A DNA stretch of 64,000 nt from an uncultured Candidatus Saccharibacteria bacterium (GCA_964434195.1 CAYSUI010000001.1:8931-72930), one strand, 5' to 3'. Shown: positions 30,884 through 40,913, counted from the stretch's first letter. Program-made: numbers and translations. Notes: generated by a model from the letters alone, not told the origin.

Positions 30884-32530
30884 TTAGTACATGCCGTCCA
30901 TACCACCCATACCGCCTGGCATAGAAGGAGTTGGTGTTTTTGGCTCTGGCTTATCTACTACTATGCTTTCTGTAGTAACAAGTGTACTCGCTATGGAAAC
31001 TGCGTGTTCAAGTGCGAGTCTCGCAACTTTAAGTGGGTCTACGATACCTGCTTTTATCATATCTTCCACTGCTTCCATTTTACTGAAGTCGTAACCATTG
31101 TTTTTGTCCTGACCTACCTGAATGTCGTAAACAATACTGGTAACCTCTACTCCACTGTTGGCTGCAATTTGTCTTAGAGGAGCTTCAAGCGCAACTCGCA
31201 CAACTCGTACACCGGCTTTTTCTGCATCGTTCAAGTCTTTACCGAAAGAGTCTAGACGAGGAGCAATGCGAGCGAAGGCTGTGCCACCACCGGTGATAAT
31301 CCCCTCTTCTACCGCTGCTTTGGTTGCGTTTAGCGCATCTTCGATTTTAAACTTTTTAGCTTTCATCTCGGTTTCTGTGAAAGCACCAACTTTTATAACA
31401 CCTACACCGCCAGCGAGACGAGCCATTCTTTCCTGAAGTTTTTCTTTGTCGAAGTCGCTTGTGGATTCTTGGAATTCATTTTTAATTTGTGCTACACGAG
31501 CATCTACTGCAGATTTTTCACCCTGACCATCTACAATGGTAGTGAATTCTTTTGTAGCAATAACTTTTCTTGCACGACCTAACTGGTTGAGTTCTGTTTT
31601 ATCGAGCTTTAGACCTAAGTCTTCTGTAATTACCTGACCACCAGTTAGAACCGCGATGTCTTGCAACATTTCTTTTCTTCTATCACCAAAGCCAGGAGCT
31701 TTTACAGCAAGAACGTTGAAACTTCCGCGAAGTTTATTTAGAACGAAAGTTGCAAGAGCTTCGCCTTCTACTTCGTCGGCAATAATAACAAGTTCTTTTT
31801 TACCGGACTGAGCAACTTTTTCTAATACTGGTAGAACATCCTGAATGCTACCGATTTTTTTGTCGGTGATTAAAATGTAAGGGTCTTCCCATACTGCTTC
31901 CATTCTGTCGGAGTTAGTAACCATGTATGCGGAGACATAACCTTTGTCGAAGCGCATACCTTTTACAACTTCTTTTTCTATACCAATGGTCTGGCCTTCT
32001 TCTACTGTAATAACACCGTCGGTACCTACTTCTTCCATGGCTTCAGCTATGAGCTTACCAACTTCTTCGTCTAAAGAAGCAATGGTCGCAACTTGTTCTA
32101 CTTCGGCCCTGCCCTTAATATCTTTCTTCATTTTGCGCAATTCTTCGACTACGAAAAGAACTGCCTTATCCATACCTTTTTTGATATCGTTTGCACGCGA
32201 TGGGTTTAGACCTACTGCACCAATACCCTCTTCTATCATTTTCTGCGCAAGTACAGTGGCGGTTGTAGTACCGTCTCCAGCTTGCTCGTTGGTTTTGTTT
32301 GCTACTTCTGAAATGAGAGATGCACCGATGTTTTCGAATCTATCTTCTAGTTCGATATCTTTTGCTACTGTAACACCGTCGTCGGTTACTGTTGGACTAC
32401 CGAAGCCTTTATCTAATATAACTGCTTTACCTGTTGGACCGAGGGTAACTTTTACTACGTTTGCGGATTTGTCGACACCAGCTTTTATAGCTTTCTTGGC
32501 GTCGAAACCTGATAAAATTATTTTTGCCAT
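30884..32530 (-). CDS. groEL: Chaperonin GroEL (Cpn60).
   Basis: The N-terminus aligns with GroEL (..[56 protein letters not shown]..). C-terminal GGM repeats. Confidence 0.95.
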   Translation of the reverse strand: MAKIILSGFDAKKAIKAGVDKSANVVKVTLGPTGKAVILDKGFGSPTVTDDGVTVAKDIELEDRFENIGASLISEVANKTNEQAGDGTTTATVLAQKMIEEGIGAVGLNPSRANDIKKGMDKAVLFVVEELRKMKKDIKGRAEVEQVATIASLDEEVGKLIAEAMEEVGTDGVITVEEGQTIGIEKEVVKGMRFDKGYVSAYMVTNSDRMEAVWEDPYILITDKKIGSIQDVLPVLEKVAQSGKKELVIIADEVEGEALATFVLNKLRGSFNVLAVKAPGFGDRRKEMLQDIAVLTGGQVITEDLGLKLDKTELNQLGRARKVIATKEFTTIVDGQGEKSAVDARVAQIKNEFQESTSDFDKEKLQERMARLAGGVGVIKVGAFTETEMKAKKFKIEDALNATKAAVEEGIITGGGTAFARIAPRLDSFGKDLNDAEKAGVRVVRVALEAPLRQIAANSGVEVTSIVYDIQVGQDKNNGYDFSKMEAVEDMIKAGIVDPLKVARLALEHAVSIASTLVTTESIVVDKPEPKTPTPSMPGGMGGMDGMY

Positions 32531-32622
32531 AAATTTCCTTTCTGAATGACGAATGAAGAATAATGATCAGTTGTAATGCAGTCTATTTGTGAGCCTATTC
32601 TCTATTCGTTATTCGTTATTCC

Positions 32623-32937
32623 TTATTCTATGATTGCGAGGACGTCGGATTCGTCTTTTTCTTTACCGACATACAGAACTTTGTATTCGACTTTCTCTCC
32701 ACTCTCTTCTACTTCGACTTCGTCACCGGAATATTTCCCAAAGACTACAGTGTCGCCTACTTTTAGTCCTAACTTAGAAATTTCTTCGCCGTTTCCTAGT
32801 GCGACAATTTTACCTTGTGCTTTTTTTTCTTTGTCTGCGGTAGCTGGTAGAACAATACCACTTTTTGTAACTTCTTCCGTGGAAAGCTGTTTTACCAGTA
32901 CGCGGTTACCTAAAGGTTTTACTTGCATATACATCAC
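32623..32937 (-). CDS. groES: Co-chaperonin GroES (Cpn10). The true start is probably the third ATG (32928).
   Basis: VKPLGNRVLVK..GIVLP..GKIVALG..GDTVVFGKY. Lies 92 nt upstream of groEL. Confidence 0.9.
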   Translation of the reverse strand: MMYMQVKPLGNRVLVKQLSTEEVTKSGIVLPATADKEKKAQGKIVALGNGEEISKLGLKVGDTVVFGKYSGDEVEVEESGEKVEYKVLYVGKEKDESDVLAIIE

Positions 32938-32977
32938 CTTTCTTTGATTAATTTTTGTTAATAAAAGAGCGATTTCG

Positions 32978-33004
32978 TTATCACTCTTGTTTATAGACTG
33001 CTAA
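32978..33004 (-). promoter_or_regulatory. CIRCE-like HrcA operator TTAGCAGTC-N9-GAGTGATAA (consensus TTAGCACTC-N9-GAGTGCTAA), sitting just after the -10 of the groES promoter.
   Basis: Read on the minus strand. Each half has one mismatch to the consensus. Confidence 0.5.
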
Positions 33005-33005
33005 T

Positions 33006-33033
33006 ATTGTAGCAAAAGCTTGGGGGCTGTCAA
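33006..33033 (-). promoter_or_regulatory. groESL sigma70 promoter TTGACA-N16-TACAAT.
   Basis: Hexamers read on the minus strand upstream of groES. Confidence 0.55.
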
Positions 33034-34049
33034 ATAGTTCTCACAACTGACTCCTCTACTTCTAAATATAGATCTTCAGATGTTACTACTACTTCCAATT
33101 TAGGCTCTAGGAGACGATTCAAATAACCGTAAAATTCTTCTAGTAAGCGTTTTTGTTTACCTACATGATGAAAGGAAAGCTCGTCTGAACCCACAAAAAT
33201 TAGGTCTTCTTTTTTTATTCTTTTTAACTGCCATGAAGCGAGCCATTCTTCGAGACGATTGCTAAAAAGTTTTTTAATAATGAACTCCAAAAATCTCTGA
33301 ATCCAAGGACGAGGGTGCGGGTAGGAAGTAATTTCATTATATAGAGCAAGATTGGGAAAAACTCTACCCAGCCATCTTTGATTTTTTATTTTAAATGCTT
33401 GAATGTATTCGAAACCCACTACCGGACGGAGGCGTAAGTATTCCATTGCGGTATATAGGTTCGTGTCCCTGTTTAATACTTTAGGACCTGAGACGTAGTG
33501 GTTTAGGCAAAAGCGGTTGGTAATAAAATTTTTGTATCTTCTAATACCCAATAATTGAAAATATAAGGTGAGCAGAGTTCTGGCTGTCCAAATATACTTA
33601 CTGTGGGTAATTACGAAAAGATCGATATCACTATCTGGCCCTTCTATACCCAAACTCTGCGAACCACCTATGGCAATCCCACGAATGAATGGAATGTATT
33701 TTGTATATGGAAGAAACCTTCTTATTCGACTCTCTCTTTTTATTCCGAAGCGGTATGAAGAGAGACGGTTATCTATTGTTTCCTTTCTGCCCGTTAGACA
33801 GAAGAAACCCTTGTAGGTTTCTACTTCCCCACTCTCTATTAAGCTGGCTAGAATTTCCTGTATAGTGGAAATTTTTTCTGACTCGTTGTGGTCTTCCGGG
33901 CTTATAGGACTTATGTCGAATTTACCATCTGCCCCACTACCTAGTAGACGCTTTTCAGCTAGTAAAAATTTATGAACTTCCAAAAGAGTGAGCGGTACAC
34001 TCTGTAGGTCGAAAAGCTTTAGAGTTGCAAGAACTCGTGTCTCCAACAT
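33030..34049 (-). CDS. Pol-beta superfamily nucleotidyltransferase with an N-terminal wHTH-like region.
   Basis: GGSQSLGIEGPDSDIDLFVITH (GS..SDxDL signature) at about residue 119. The preceding roughly 100 aa are helix-rich and wHTH-like. Confidence 0.5.
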   Translation of the reverse strand: MLETRVLATLKLFDLQSVPLTLLEVHKFLLAEKRLLGSGADGKFDISPISPEDHNESEKISTIQEILASLIESGEVETYKGFFCLTGRKETIDNRLSSYRFGIKRESRIRRFLPYTKYIPFIRGIAIGGSQSLGIEGPDSDIDLFVITHSKYIWTARTLLTLYFQLLGIRRYKNFITNRFCLNHYVSGPKVLNRDTNLYTAMEYLRLRPVVGFEYIQAFKIKNQRWLGRVFPNLALYNEITSYPHPRPWIQRFLEFIIKKLFSNRLEEWLASWQLKRIKKEDLIFVGSDELSFHHVGKQKRLLEEFYGYLNRLLEPKLEVVVTSEDLYLEVEESVVRTI

Positions 34050-34276
34050 TATTTAGTGTTTAGACCTTGAATGTTTTGGATTATTCCGTCCTGACCATAG
34101 ACGGAACTTAACGAACTCATAACCATTGGAACAATTGCAAGTGAGGCAAGTAAAGGCACTACCACAAGCGCAACAGTTATAATGAGTTGCCATTTTATAT
34201 AACGCTTGGTAGCGCGAGTATTCTCTAAAATTTCTAAAAGTATTTGTTCCTGGGTTGGTTTTTGATTTTCTTCCAT
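34049..34276 (-). CDS. 75-aa single-TM protein, translationally coupled (TAATG overlap) to the downstream nucleotidyltransferase.
   Basis: Its stop overlaps the next gene's start by 1 nt. One hydrophobic helix. Confidence 0.4.
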   Translation of the reverse strand: MEENQKPTQEQILLEILENTRATKRYIKWQLIITVALVVVPLLASLAIVPMVMSSLSSVYGQDGIIQNIQGLNTK

Positions 34277-34349
34277 GTGATTTTTGTTAGTACATTTAGT
34301 TTAGCGTAATTTCTTTGGAAACAAAAAAGCCTCCTAAATTTAGGAGATA

Positions 34350-34877
34350 TTAACAGACTTCAGCAAGAGTGTAACCACCTTGGGATGAAGGTACAATAAT
34401 ATGGAATTCGTCATCCTGATACAACAATGCTTTTGCCAATTCAACCGTACTGGAAATCATTTGTGGGGTACCATAGTAGACGGCCTGGAATGGGTCGTAC
34501 CCCACCCTTACCACACCAACAGTCCCCTCTGCTTCACCTAATATGAGAGCAAGAAGAGGCGTGTTCTTCTGGTAGTGAAAAGCCTCTAGCAGATAGCGAT
34601 TGCTCGAGGAGAATGTCCCGGCATCCTGATACCTACGAAGTACGGTATAAAAGACCTGGCCAGGTTTCCAGGTTGTCACAGAACGATCCCCGAATAACTT
34701 ATCGAAGAGTGCCACAATGCACTCTTCAAGATACTCTTCACCTGTAAACAGGTCTTCCGATAAAGCCCGGAGACTACTCTTCTTCCCGGGATCGAATATT
34801 ACTTGCATGGTTTTCTCCTTGAAAAAAGTAAGTTCTGAAATAAGTTGTATTATAATATAAATTAATAATTTTGTCAA
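34350..34877 (-). CDS. Hypothetical protein (175 aa).
   Basis: ORF track. Confidence 0.45.
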   Translation of the reverse strand: MTKLLIYIIIQLISELTFFKEKTMQVIFDPGKKSSLRALSEDLFTGEEYLEECIVALFDKLFGDRSVTTWKPGQVFYTVLRRYQDAGTFSSSNRYLLEAFHYQKNTPLLALILGEAEGTVGVVRVGYDPFQAVYYGTPQMISSTVELAKALLYQDDEFHIIVPSSQGGYTLAEVC

Positions 34878-34908
34878 TAAAAAAAACCCGCTTATCTGCG
34901 AGTTATTG

Positions 34909-35838
34909 TTACTCTACTTCGACATCGACGGATGCGAGTCGATTAAGTGTTTTAAAGTTACGTTTTCCTGTGACTTTGTGGAAAACGACTTTGGCTTGAT
35001 CGTTTACAGTAGCAGTGGCATCATTTACGACCGCTCCGCAATCTAACTTCGCTTGGTTCTGGAGATCCGCTTTAACCGACCCTAGACTCCCCTCACCTAA
35101 CACTACTCGTGTTTGGTTTTGTGAATTTAAAGACAAACTCTGGGAGTTTACTGAGCGGAAGATAAAGGATGCTTGGTTAGACAACTTAAGCGTGACTTGA
35201 TAATTTTTTATTTTTCCACCTTCAAGTCCAGAATTATCTTGCGCATCTAGGTAGATATCTCCGGTAAAAATATCTGTCTTTACCCTGACTTGATTCTGAA
35301 GCTTGGCTGTTAATAGCTTTGCATCCCCAATAGCACCCTTTGCTTGCCCTTCAAGGTTAAGAGAAATAGCAGCTGAGGTATCCTCTATTTCGAAAGACTG
35401 AGGTCTTCCGTTTAGCTCGATGTTGGTTCCTTTGGGTACGGTTATAACCACACGACAAAGTGGGAGTGCCACGTTTTTGATTCTTTCGGTATTTAACAAC
35501 CCGTTAATTATGGAGCAGCTAGTATTAAGACCGAGATCTTCAATAACTTCATTGCTCAGCGTTACGAAAAGGTTCTCACCTTCGTTTGTGACCTTCACAC
35601 CTTTTTGGTATCGGTCATGACCACAAGCCTGCACTTCGGTTGTACTTCCAAAGCGAACATGTATGTCTGCGTACCTCAAATTTACATTTAACTTTTCCAA
35701 ACTTTTTACCTCTACTCTGGTCGTTCCAGAGACCACTGAGCCCTTACCTTCTGGTTTATTTTTAGATTTTTTCTTGTTTCCTAAAGACAGAAAAAAATCT
35801 ACGATAAAGTCGAAAATTACGTCGACTATATAACTCAT
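34909..35838 (-). CDS. Hypothetical protein with a basic, membrane-proximal N-terminus and a repetitive beta-rich body (DUF4097 / putative-adhesin-like).
   Basis: Repeating V/T/N/Q-rich beta-strand pattern. Assignment is by resemblance only. Confidence 0.4.
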   Translation of the reverse strand: MSYIVDVIFDFIVDFFLSLGNKKKSKNKPEGKGSVVSGTTRVEVKSLEKLNVNLRYADIHVRFGSTTEVQACGHDRYQKGVKVTNEGENLFVTLSNEVIEDLGLNTSCSIINGLLNTERIKNVALPLCRVVITVPKGTNIELNGRPQSFEIEDTSAAISLNLEGQAKGAIGDAKLLTAKLQNQVRVKTDIFTGDIYLDAQDNSGLEGGKIKNYQVTLKLSNQASFIFRSVNSQSLSLNSQNQTRVVLGEGSLGSVKADLQNQAKLDCGAVVNDATATVNDQAKVVFHKVTGKRNFKTLNRLASVDVEVE

Positions 35839-35942
35839 TTATTTCCCCCTATTAGATTTTCTTAAGTAAGTTAATTGTCTTTATACTATTAAACAACAAT
35901 AAAATCAATTCTACCTTTTTACGTGCTGGCCTGAATTTACTC

Positions 35943-36869
35943 CTATTTCTGACAAGTGGGACAAAAGCTTCCGGTTCTTCCGCCTATTTTTATGGACTCG
36001 ATTTTATTGTTGCAGATTTTACAGCTCTGTTTTTTTCTACCGTAAACGAAATGGAATTTACCCATAGTTCCCCAGGTACCGTCTGTCCTAACGAAATCTC
36101 CCACACTTGAACCTTTAGCTTCTATACCCTTCTTTAATACCGGGGAAATATTTTCATAGATTGCTCTTATTTCATTTTCTTTTAGGGACTTTATTGTTCT
36201 GTCGGGTTTTATTTTGGCATGGAATAATATTTCGTCGCTATATATATTCCCTATTCCCACAACCACTTTGTTGTCCATAATAACTTGTTTTATTTTTCCT
36301 TTGGGGCGTTTACTGATACTAGATTTAAATACCTCGTAGGAGAAAGATTTATCGAGTGGCTCAGGCCCATATTCACTAAATTCTTTTACTTTAGCAATTT
36401 CATCTTCGTGTACTATTTTTAGATATGAAAATTTTCTTACATCGTTATAATAGAGTATTGAGCCGTCTGTAAAATAAAAAATAACATGCGTGTACTTAGA
36501 GGGTAATTCTAAAAGAGGAGCGCTTTTTTTATTTAATAACCGGTACTTACCCTTAGTTTTTTCTCTAAGTTTACTATCTTCGTAAATAAACTGGCCAGTC
36601 ATTTTTAAATGCACCAGCATTGACCACCCGTCTTCGAGATTGAAAATTAAAAGTTTAGATCTTCTTTTTACGGAAAGTATTTTTTTATTTTTGAGAGTGG
36701 AAATAAATTTCTCTAGTGTACTGCTAGATGTCGTACGTTTTGGTGAAAGAGTGACCGCGCCAAAACCGACAAGCTTAGGAACTCTAACCTCTACTTTTTT
36801 TATATTTTTACCTGCGAGCTTTTTATTTAGCTCTCTGACGACTGTTTCAACTTCTGGTAATTCTGGCAT
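35943..36869 (-). CDS. mutM: Formamidopyrimidine-DNA glycosylase (Fpg/MutM). Start set at MPELPEVE.
   Basis: Canonical PELPEVE N-terminus and a C-terminal CxxC..CxxC zinc finger. The listed ORF has 15 extra upstream codons. Confidence 0.8.
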   Translation of the reverse strand: MPELPEVETVVRELNKKLAGKNIKKVEVRVPKLVGFGAVTLSPKRTTSSSTLEKFISTLKNKKILSVKRRSKLLIFNLEDGWSMLVHLKMTGQFIYEDSKLREKTKGKYRLLNKKSAPLLELPSKYTHVIFYFTDGSILYYNDVRKFSYLKIVHEDEIAKVKEFSEYGPEPLDKSFSYEVFKSSISKRPKGKIKQVIMDNKVVVGIGNIYSDEILFHAKIKPDRTIKSLKENEIRAIYENISPVLKKGIEAKGSSVGDFVRTDGTWGTMGKFHFVYGRKKQSCKICNNKIESIKIGGRTGSFCPTCQK

Positions 36870-36980
36870 TCTCTCAACTTTACTCCGTTCTACGCTTGCA
36901 TACCTAGTATGCAAGCAAGTAATTTGGGAGTTTATTAAATTATTACAGTAAAGACATAGTAACAGTAGGTTAGTAACAAG

Positions 36981-37008
36981 TAAAAAAAATAACCTCTCTA
37001 GAGAGGTT
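36981..37008 (-). terminator. Intrinsic terminator: perfect 18-nt palindrome AACCTCTCTAGAGAGGTT followed by a U8 run on the minus strand.
   Basis: Read directly. Downstream of gene 37014..37535. Confidence 0.55.
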
Positions 37009-37013
37009 TGCTA

Positions 37014-37535
37014 TTAATCTTCATCTTCATCTTCATCTTCATCTTCATCGTCTTCATCGAAGATTACGAATAGAACTTTTTTCGAAGTCGTTTCAAGGTA
37101 TGTTGGCGTTTTTTCGTTGTAGAGGAGAACTTTTAATTCTCCCAACATGGAATCGAAATTCCCAACATCTTCCCTTGCCAAGTATAAAAAAATAAAATTT
37201 ATAGTAACTTCAATGACCTTTTTTAACCCATCGTAATCCACGGTGAAGAGCTCGATATCATCACCTTCTTTTGAACCGTATGTACCAACAGTAAGCTGTC
37301 TTGTTGGACCAATCGGTAAAAGCTCGTACCATATTTCGTCATCTCCGAATGACTCTGATCTTATCCTCGACGACTCTTCGGAGAAATCGCGCTCCACTTG
37401 TTTTAAGAACCCGGATAACCCAGGAAGAGACTCTGGTAATTCTTTGGCGAGTTTTTTTAGATCTAACATATTAACCCTCGTTTGTTGTGTTTGGAGACAA
37501 TAAAATACTTTACCCGAATTAACATTGCTGGTCAA
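37014..37535 (-). CDS. Hypothetical protein with a C-terminal poly-acidic DEDDEDEDEDEDED tail encoded by a (TCTTCA)n microsatellite.
   Basis: Translation and the direct nucleotide repeat at 37017-37058. Confidence 0.45.
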   Translation of the reverse strand: MTSNVNSGKVFYCLQTQQTRVNMLDLKKLAKELPESLPGLSGFLKQVERDFSEESSRIRSESFGDDEIWYELLPIGPTRQLTVGTYGSKEGDDIELFTVDYDGLKKVIEVTINFIFLYLAREDVGNFDSMLGELKVLLYNEKTPTYLETTSKKVLFVIFDEDDEDEDEDEDED

Positions 37536-37599
37536 TACAGAATTTGCTCATTAAAGTATTTAGATATAAAAATGTTGCGGGTTGTGTAATAATTAAGAT

Positions 37600-39105
37600 A
37601 TGAAAGATTTTTTGAAGTCGATTCCATTCAATTTTAGCCAAAAAGACCGCTTACTTATCAATAAAGCTGCGGATTTTTCTAGAACAGCACATGCAGGCCA
37701 AAAGAGGAAAAGTGGGGAGGATTTTGTAGAACACCCTATTGCCGCGGCTATCATTTTGGGTCAAATTTTTCCAGATGCCACTACCATAACAGCTACCCTA
37801 CTTCATGATATTCCGGAAGATACACAGGTTACTTTGGATCAAATAAAAAAAGAATTTGGTGAAGAGATAGCTAACCTGGTTGACGGCGTAACAAAGCTGG
37901 GACACGTGAGACTCCTGAATAGTAAGGATGAGTACTATGTGGAGAATTTAAGAAAAATGTTTATTGCAACCTCCACAGATGTGAGAGTACTACTTATTAA
38001 ACTTGCAGATAGACTTCACAATATAAGAACCATTAGATTCCTACCTCAGGACAAACAGATAAAAGTGGCAACAGAGACTTTGGGTATGTACGCACCAATT
38101 GCGGGAAGGCTAGGTATTGGATCCTGGAAAGACGAGTTGGAAGACGCGTCTTTTAAAGTTGTTAGCCCCGTTGAATTTGCAGAGACCAAAAAGATGCTAG
38201 ATGAACAACTAGCAATGCGAACCGAAAAACTGAGAGATATAGAAAAACAGATTGAACATATTCTTAGACTCGAAGGAGTTAAATTTCAGGAAGTAAATGG
38301 AAGGGTTAAGCGTGTACACGCCCTCTACCATAAGCTAAAAAAATACGACGGTGATATCACCAAAATTTATGATATTTTTGCGCTTAGAGTTATAACGAAA
38401 TCTACTGGGGACTGTTATGCCGCACTGGGAACTATACATAAACACTTCCAACCTGTCCCTGGAAGAGTTAAAGATTATATAGCCACACCGAAACCTAACG
38501 GCTACGAAAGCTTACATACTTCTGTTTTTGATAAAAGCAAATTTGTATTTGAAGTTCAAATACGTACAGATTTAATGCATGAACAATCCGAACGCGGTAT
38601 TGCTGCCCACTGGTTTTATTCTGAAAAAGGAAAACCACAGGAGATGAACCCTATGCAAGCAAAATGGATTCAGGAATTACATGCCTGGCAAGAAGAAATG
38701 ACAGATCCAGACGAATATTTGGAAAGCTTAAAAATAGATTTCTTTAAAGACAGAATCTTTGTACTGACCCCGAAAGGTGATGTTAAAGATTTGCCCAAAG
38801 GAGCAACTGTCATAGATTTTGCATTTTCGGTTCATAGTGATTTAGGTTATTTAATGATGGGTGCAAAAATTAATGGTAAAATGGCAAGTATCTATGACGA
38901 GCTAAGACAAGGTAATGTAGTAGAAGTTATAAAAAGTAAAAAACCCGTGACAATATCTCGGGACTGGCTAGAGGCAGCTAAGACGAGTGGTGCTAGAGTG
39001 AAAATTCGACATTATATAAAAGAACACGACCGAGGCGTGTGGGATAGAGTTAGAGAACTTAAACTACAAGATCTTTCGTTACCTAAGTTTTTCAGAAGAA
39101 AATAA
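37600..39105 (+). CDS. rel: Bifunctional (p)ppGpp synthetase/hydrolase, short RelA/SpoT homolog (HD, synthetase and TGS domains, no ACT domain).
   Basis: LLHDIPED (HD domain), DIFALRVI and YESLHTSV (synthetase), TGS-like IFVLTPKGDVKDLPKGATVIDFA. Confidence 0.85.
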   Translation: MKDFLKSIPFNFSQKDRLLINKAADFSRTAHAGQKRKSGEDFVEHPIAAAIILGQIFPDATTITATLLHDIPEDTQVTLDQIKKEFGEEIANLVDGVTKLGHVRLLNSKDEYYVENLRKMFIATSTDVRVLLIKLADRLHNIRTIRFLPQDKQIKVATETLGMYAPIAGRLGIGSWKDELEDASFKVVSPVEFAETKKMLDEQLAMRTEKLRDIEKQIEHILRLEGVKFQEVNGRVKRVHALYHKLKKYDGDITKIYDIFALRVITKSTGDCYAALGTIHKHFQPVPGRVKDYIATPKPNGYESLHTSVFDKSKFVFEVQIRTDLMHEQSERGIAAHWFYSEKGKPQEMNPMQAKWIQELHAWQEEMTDPDEYLESLKIDFFKDRIFVLTPKGDVKDLPKGATVIDFAFSVHSDLGYLMMGAKINGKMASIYDELRQGNVVEVIKSKKPVTISRDWLEAAKTSGARVKIRHYIKEHDRGVWDRVRELKLQDLSLPKFFRRK

Positions 39106-39130
39106 AAAAACACTTGCTAAGTGTTTTAAT

Positions 39131-39697
39131 TTACCCAAGAGCTTCGCCTAGTGCAAACATTGCAACCATAGGACGAATTTTTCTTTCTGCCAAAAATTGC
39201 TCTAGCATTTCTGAATGAATATCGTACGCGAGTGGCTGGTATCCGTCCAGAACTTTGAGTTCATCTATTTCTTTGTTTGGTTTGAATTGTGACAGATTAG
39301 GAACCTCGCGAAGTTCGCAGACTGTACACAGTACAATTTGCTTGTTGTCACTGGACTGCCTCACCGACTGAAACTTTAGTTGTCCCAAAGGGATTTGAAT
39401 TAACCCAGAGCTTTCTTCGTACACTTCACTCATCGCAACATCCATCCAATGACGACCAGATTCTATTAGTCCACCCAAGTGGACATACTCCCCTGCCATA
39501 GACTTTCCAGGGGCGCGACGACCAACTATGAATTTATTGTTTGGGGTTACGAGTAACACAGTAACTGATGTTTTGACGTGTTCGTAACTATAGAACTCAC
39601 ACCTTTCACAAATTGCGGGTGTTTCTGAGGGTAATCTATAACCACAATGTGCGCAATAATTAATCTCAAACATATACTTAGCCTCTTTCAAATTCAA
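39131..39697 (-). CDS. NUDIX hydrolase with an N-terminal C4 zinc ribbon (NudC-like architecture).
   Basis: Nudix box GGLIESGRHWMDVAMSEVYEESSG. CAHCGY..CERCEF zinc ribbon. Confidence 0.65.
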   Translation of the reverse strand: MNLKEAKYMFEINYCAHCGYRLPSETPAICERCEFYSYEHVKTSVTVLLVTPNNKFIVGRRAPGKSMAGEYVHLGGLIESGRHWMDVAMSEVYEESSGLIQIPLGQLKFQSVRQSSDNKQIVLCTVCELREVPNLSQFKPNKEIDELKVLDGYQPLAYDIHSEMLEQFLAERKIRPMVAMFALGEALG

Positions 39698-39888
39698 ATA
39701 TTCAGAAGAATAAGAAAGCAGATTACCAGTTAGTTGTTATCTAGTCAAAACACAAATTTGACAGCATAATAATTGTTATTTAAGATACGAATATGTCTTT
39801 TAAGAATTTTGCAATTTGTCTTCAGTACCCAACTATCCAAGATAGGGGTTTTGACAAATCTGCGTAAGAAATAGCGAAAGACAGATTA

Positions 39889-39918
39889 CAAAACCCCAAT
39901 CAGATGATTGGGGTTTTG
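39889..39918. other. Hairpin CAAAACCCCAAT-cagatg-ATTGGGGTTTTG (12-bp stem) just upstream of a small basic-protein gene. GGGGTTTTG occurs three times nearby.
   Basis: Read directly. Confidence 0.4.
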
Positions 39919-39955
39919 TATTAGTTTAAGACTAGTACAAATTTCAGGAGTAAAA

Positions 39956-40261
39956 ATGAAGAAGAAAAGAAACCCTGGTCCATATTTCCATGCGGATCTG
40001 AAAGTTCATCCGAACTTTGGGCCGGTGGCTGTAATGATTATTAGACACGAACTATCGCGTAATGCTTTTCGAAAAAAAATGCGTCTTCTGATGCGCGATG
40101 CGATAAGAGCTGAGAGAGCAGCCTTGGTTGTACTAGAAGAAACAGCCCAGAGTGATTTCGCAAGAAGAAATCTTACCCGGAGACAATTCTATCATACTGA
40201 TTCTGGATTTTTGTGCTCAGCGCAGACTGCCCAGAAATCTTTCTTACCTAGAGCGGACTAA
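39956..40261 (+). CDS. Small Arg/Lys-rich hypothetical protein (101 aa).
   Basis: AGGAG RBS 7 nt before the ATG at 39956. Overlaps the 3' end of the convergent REC gene by 14 nt. Confidence 0.3.
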   Translation: MKKKRNPGPYFHADLKVHPNFGPVAVMIIRHELSRNAFRKKMRLLMRDAIRAERAALVVLEETAQSDFARRNLTRRQFYHTDSGFLCSAQTAQKSFLPRAD

Positions 40262-40652
40262 CATGATGACCCGCTCTTTTTATTTGTCCTATTTTTTCTT
40301 TTATTCTAGTGACTAGAATTTTTAAATCCCACTGAGATTTTATGTAATAACCTATAACACCATGAAGTTTTGCGATTTGCATAGACTCTTGGTCTTTCGT
40401 ATTGCTTAAAATTATTATTCCAATTTTTTTACCCCATTCATAACTTCTAAGCTCTCTGAGCATTGTGAGTCCATCCATCTGTGGCATGTGAATGTCTGAA
40501 AGAATTATTTCAGGTAGTGTTCTAAAAGCGAGCTTCAAACCTTCGTCCCCGTTACAAGCTTTAAAGACACAAAAACCTTCGCTTTTAAAAAGCTGAGAGA
40601 GTTTGTTTCTTAGTACTGGTTCGTCCTCTACTATGAGGATACTTCTAGCCAT
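40248..40652 (-). CDS. Stand-alone response-regulator receiver (CheY-like REC) domain protein.
   Basis: ILIVEDEP..DIHMPQMDGL..K-containing REC motifs (acidic pocket, phospho-accepting Asp, Lys). Confidence 0.75.
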   Translation of the reverse strand: MARSILIVEDEPVLRNKLSQLFKSEGFCVFKACNGDEGLKLAFRTLPEIILSDIHMPQMDGLTMLRELRSYEWGKKIGIIILSNTKDQESMQIAKLHGVIGYYIKSQWDLKILVTRIKEKIGQIKRAGHHVSPL

Positions 40653-40876
40653 AGAACAAGAAAATAATTAATTCTTGATAACCAGGCAGTGTAGTCTAAA
40701 AAATGAATCTAGTAAAGCATTTCTTACTTAGAGTATATTCCTGTTGATTATTTTTTGTAAATATGGTATTGTTGTGTATAAATATTTTATGAAATTATTT
40801 TTGCGACAATCCATACATCACCACACCTATCCGCTTGTGCGAATGGGTGACTTTGGATTTTAGGTATTAAATGCAA

Positions 40877-40913
40877 CCTCCCCCCTTCTTGCAAGCGCAG
40901 GGAGGGTTTTTGT
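40877..40913 (+). promoter_or_regulatory. Attenuator/terminator-like hairpin CCTCCC..GGGAGG followed by a T-rich run, 25 nt upstream of the RBS of gene 40937.
   Basis: Read directly. No upstream plus-strand gene for it to terminate. Confidence 0.3.

Noticed and set aside
31944-32549. Plus-strand ORFs (201 aa, 92 aa, 67 aa and 122 aa) lying inside or partly overlapping groEL on the opposite strand.
   Set aside because: Shadow ORFs antisense to a confidently identified, highly conserved gene. Low-complexity S/T/A-rich translations.
39908-39955. Longer 117-aa version of the small basic ORF starting at 39908.
   Set aside because: The upstream ATG lies inside a stable hairpin and lacks an RBS. 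The ATG at 39956 has an AGGAG RBS at proper spacing.
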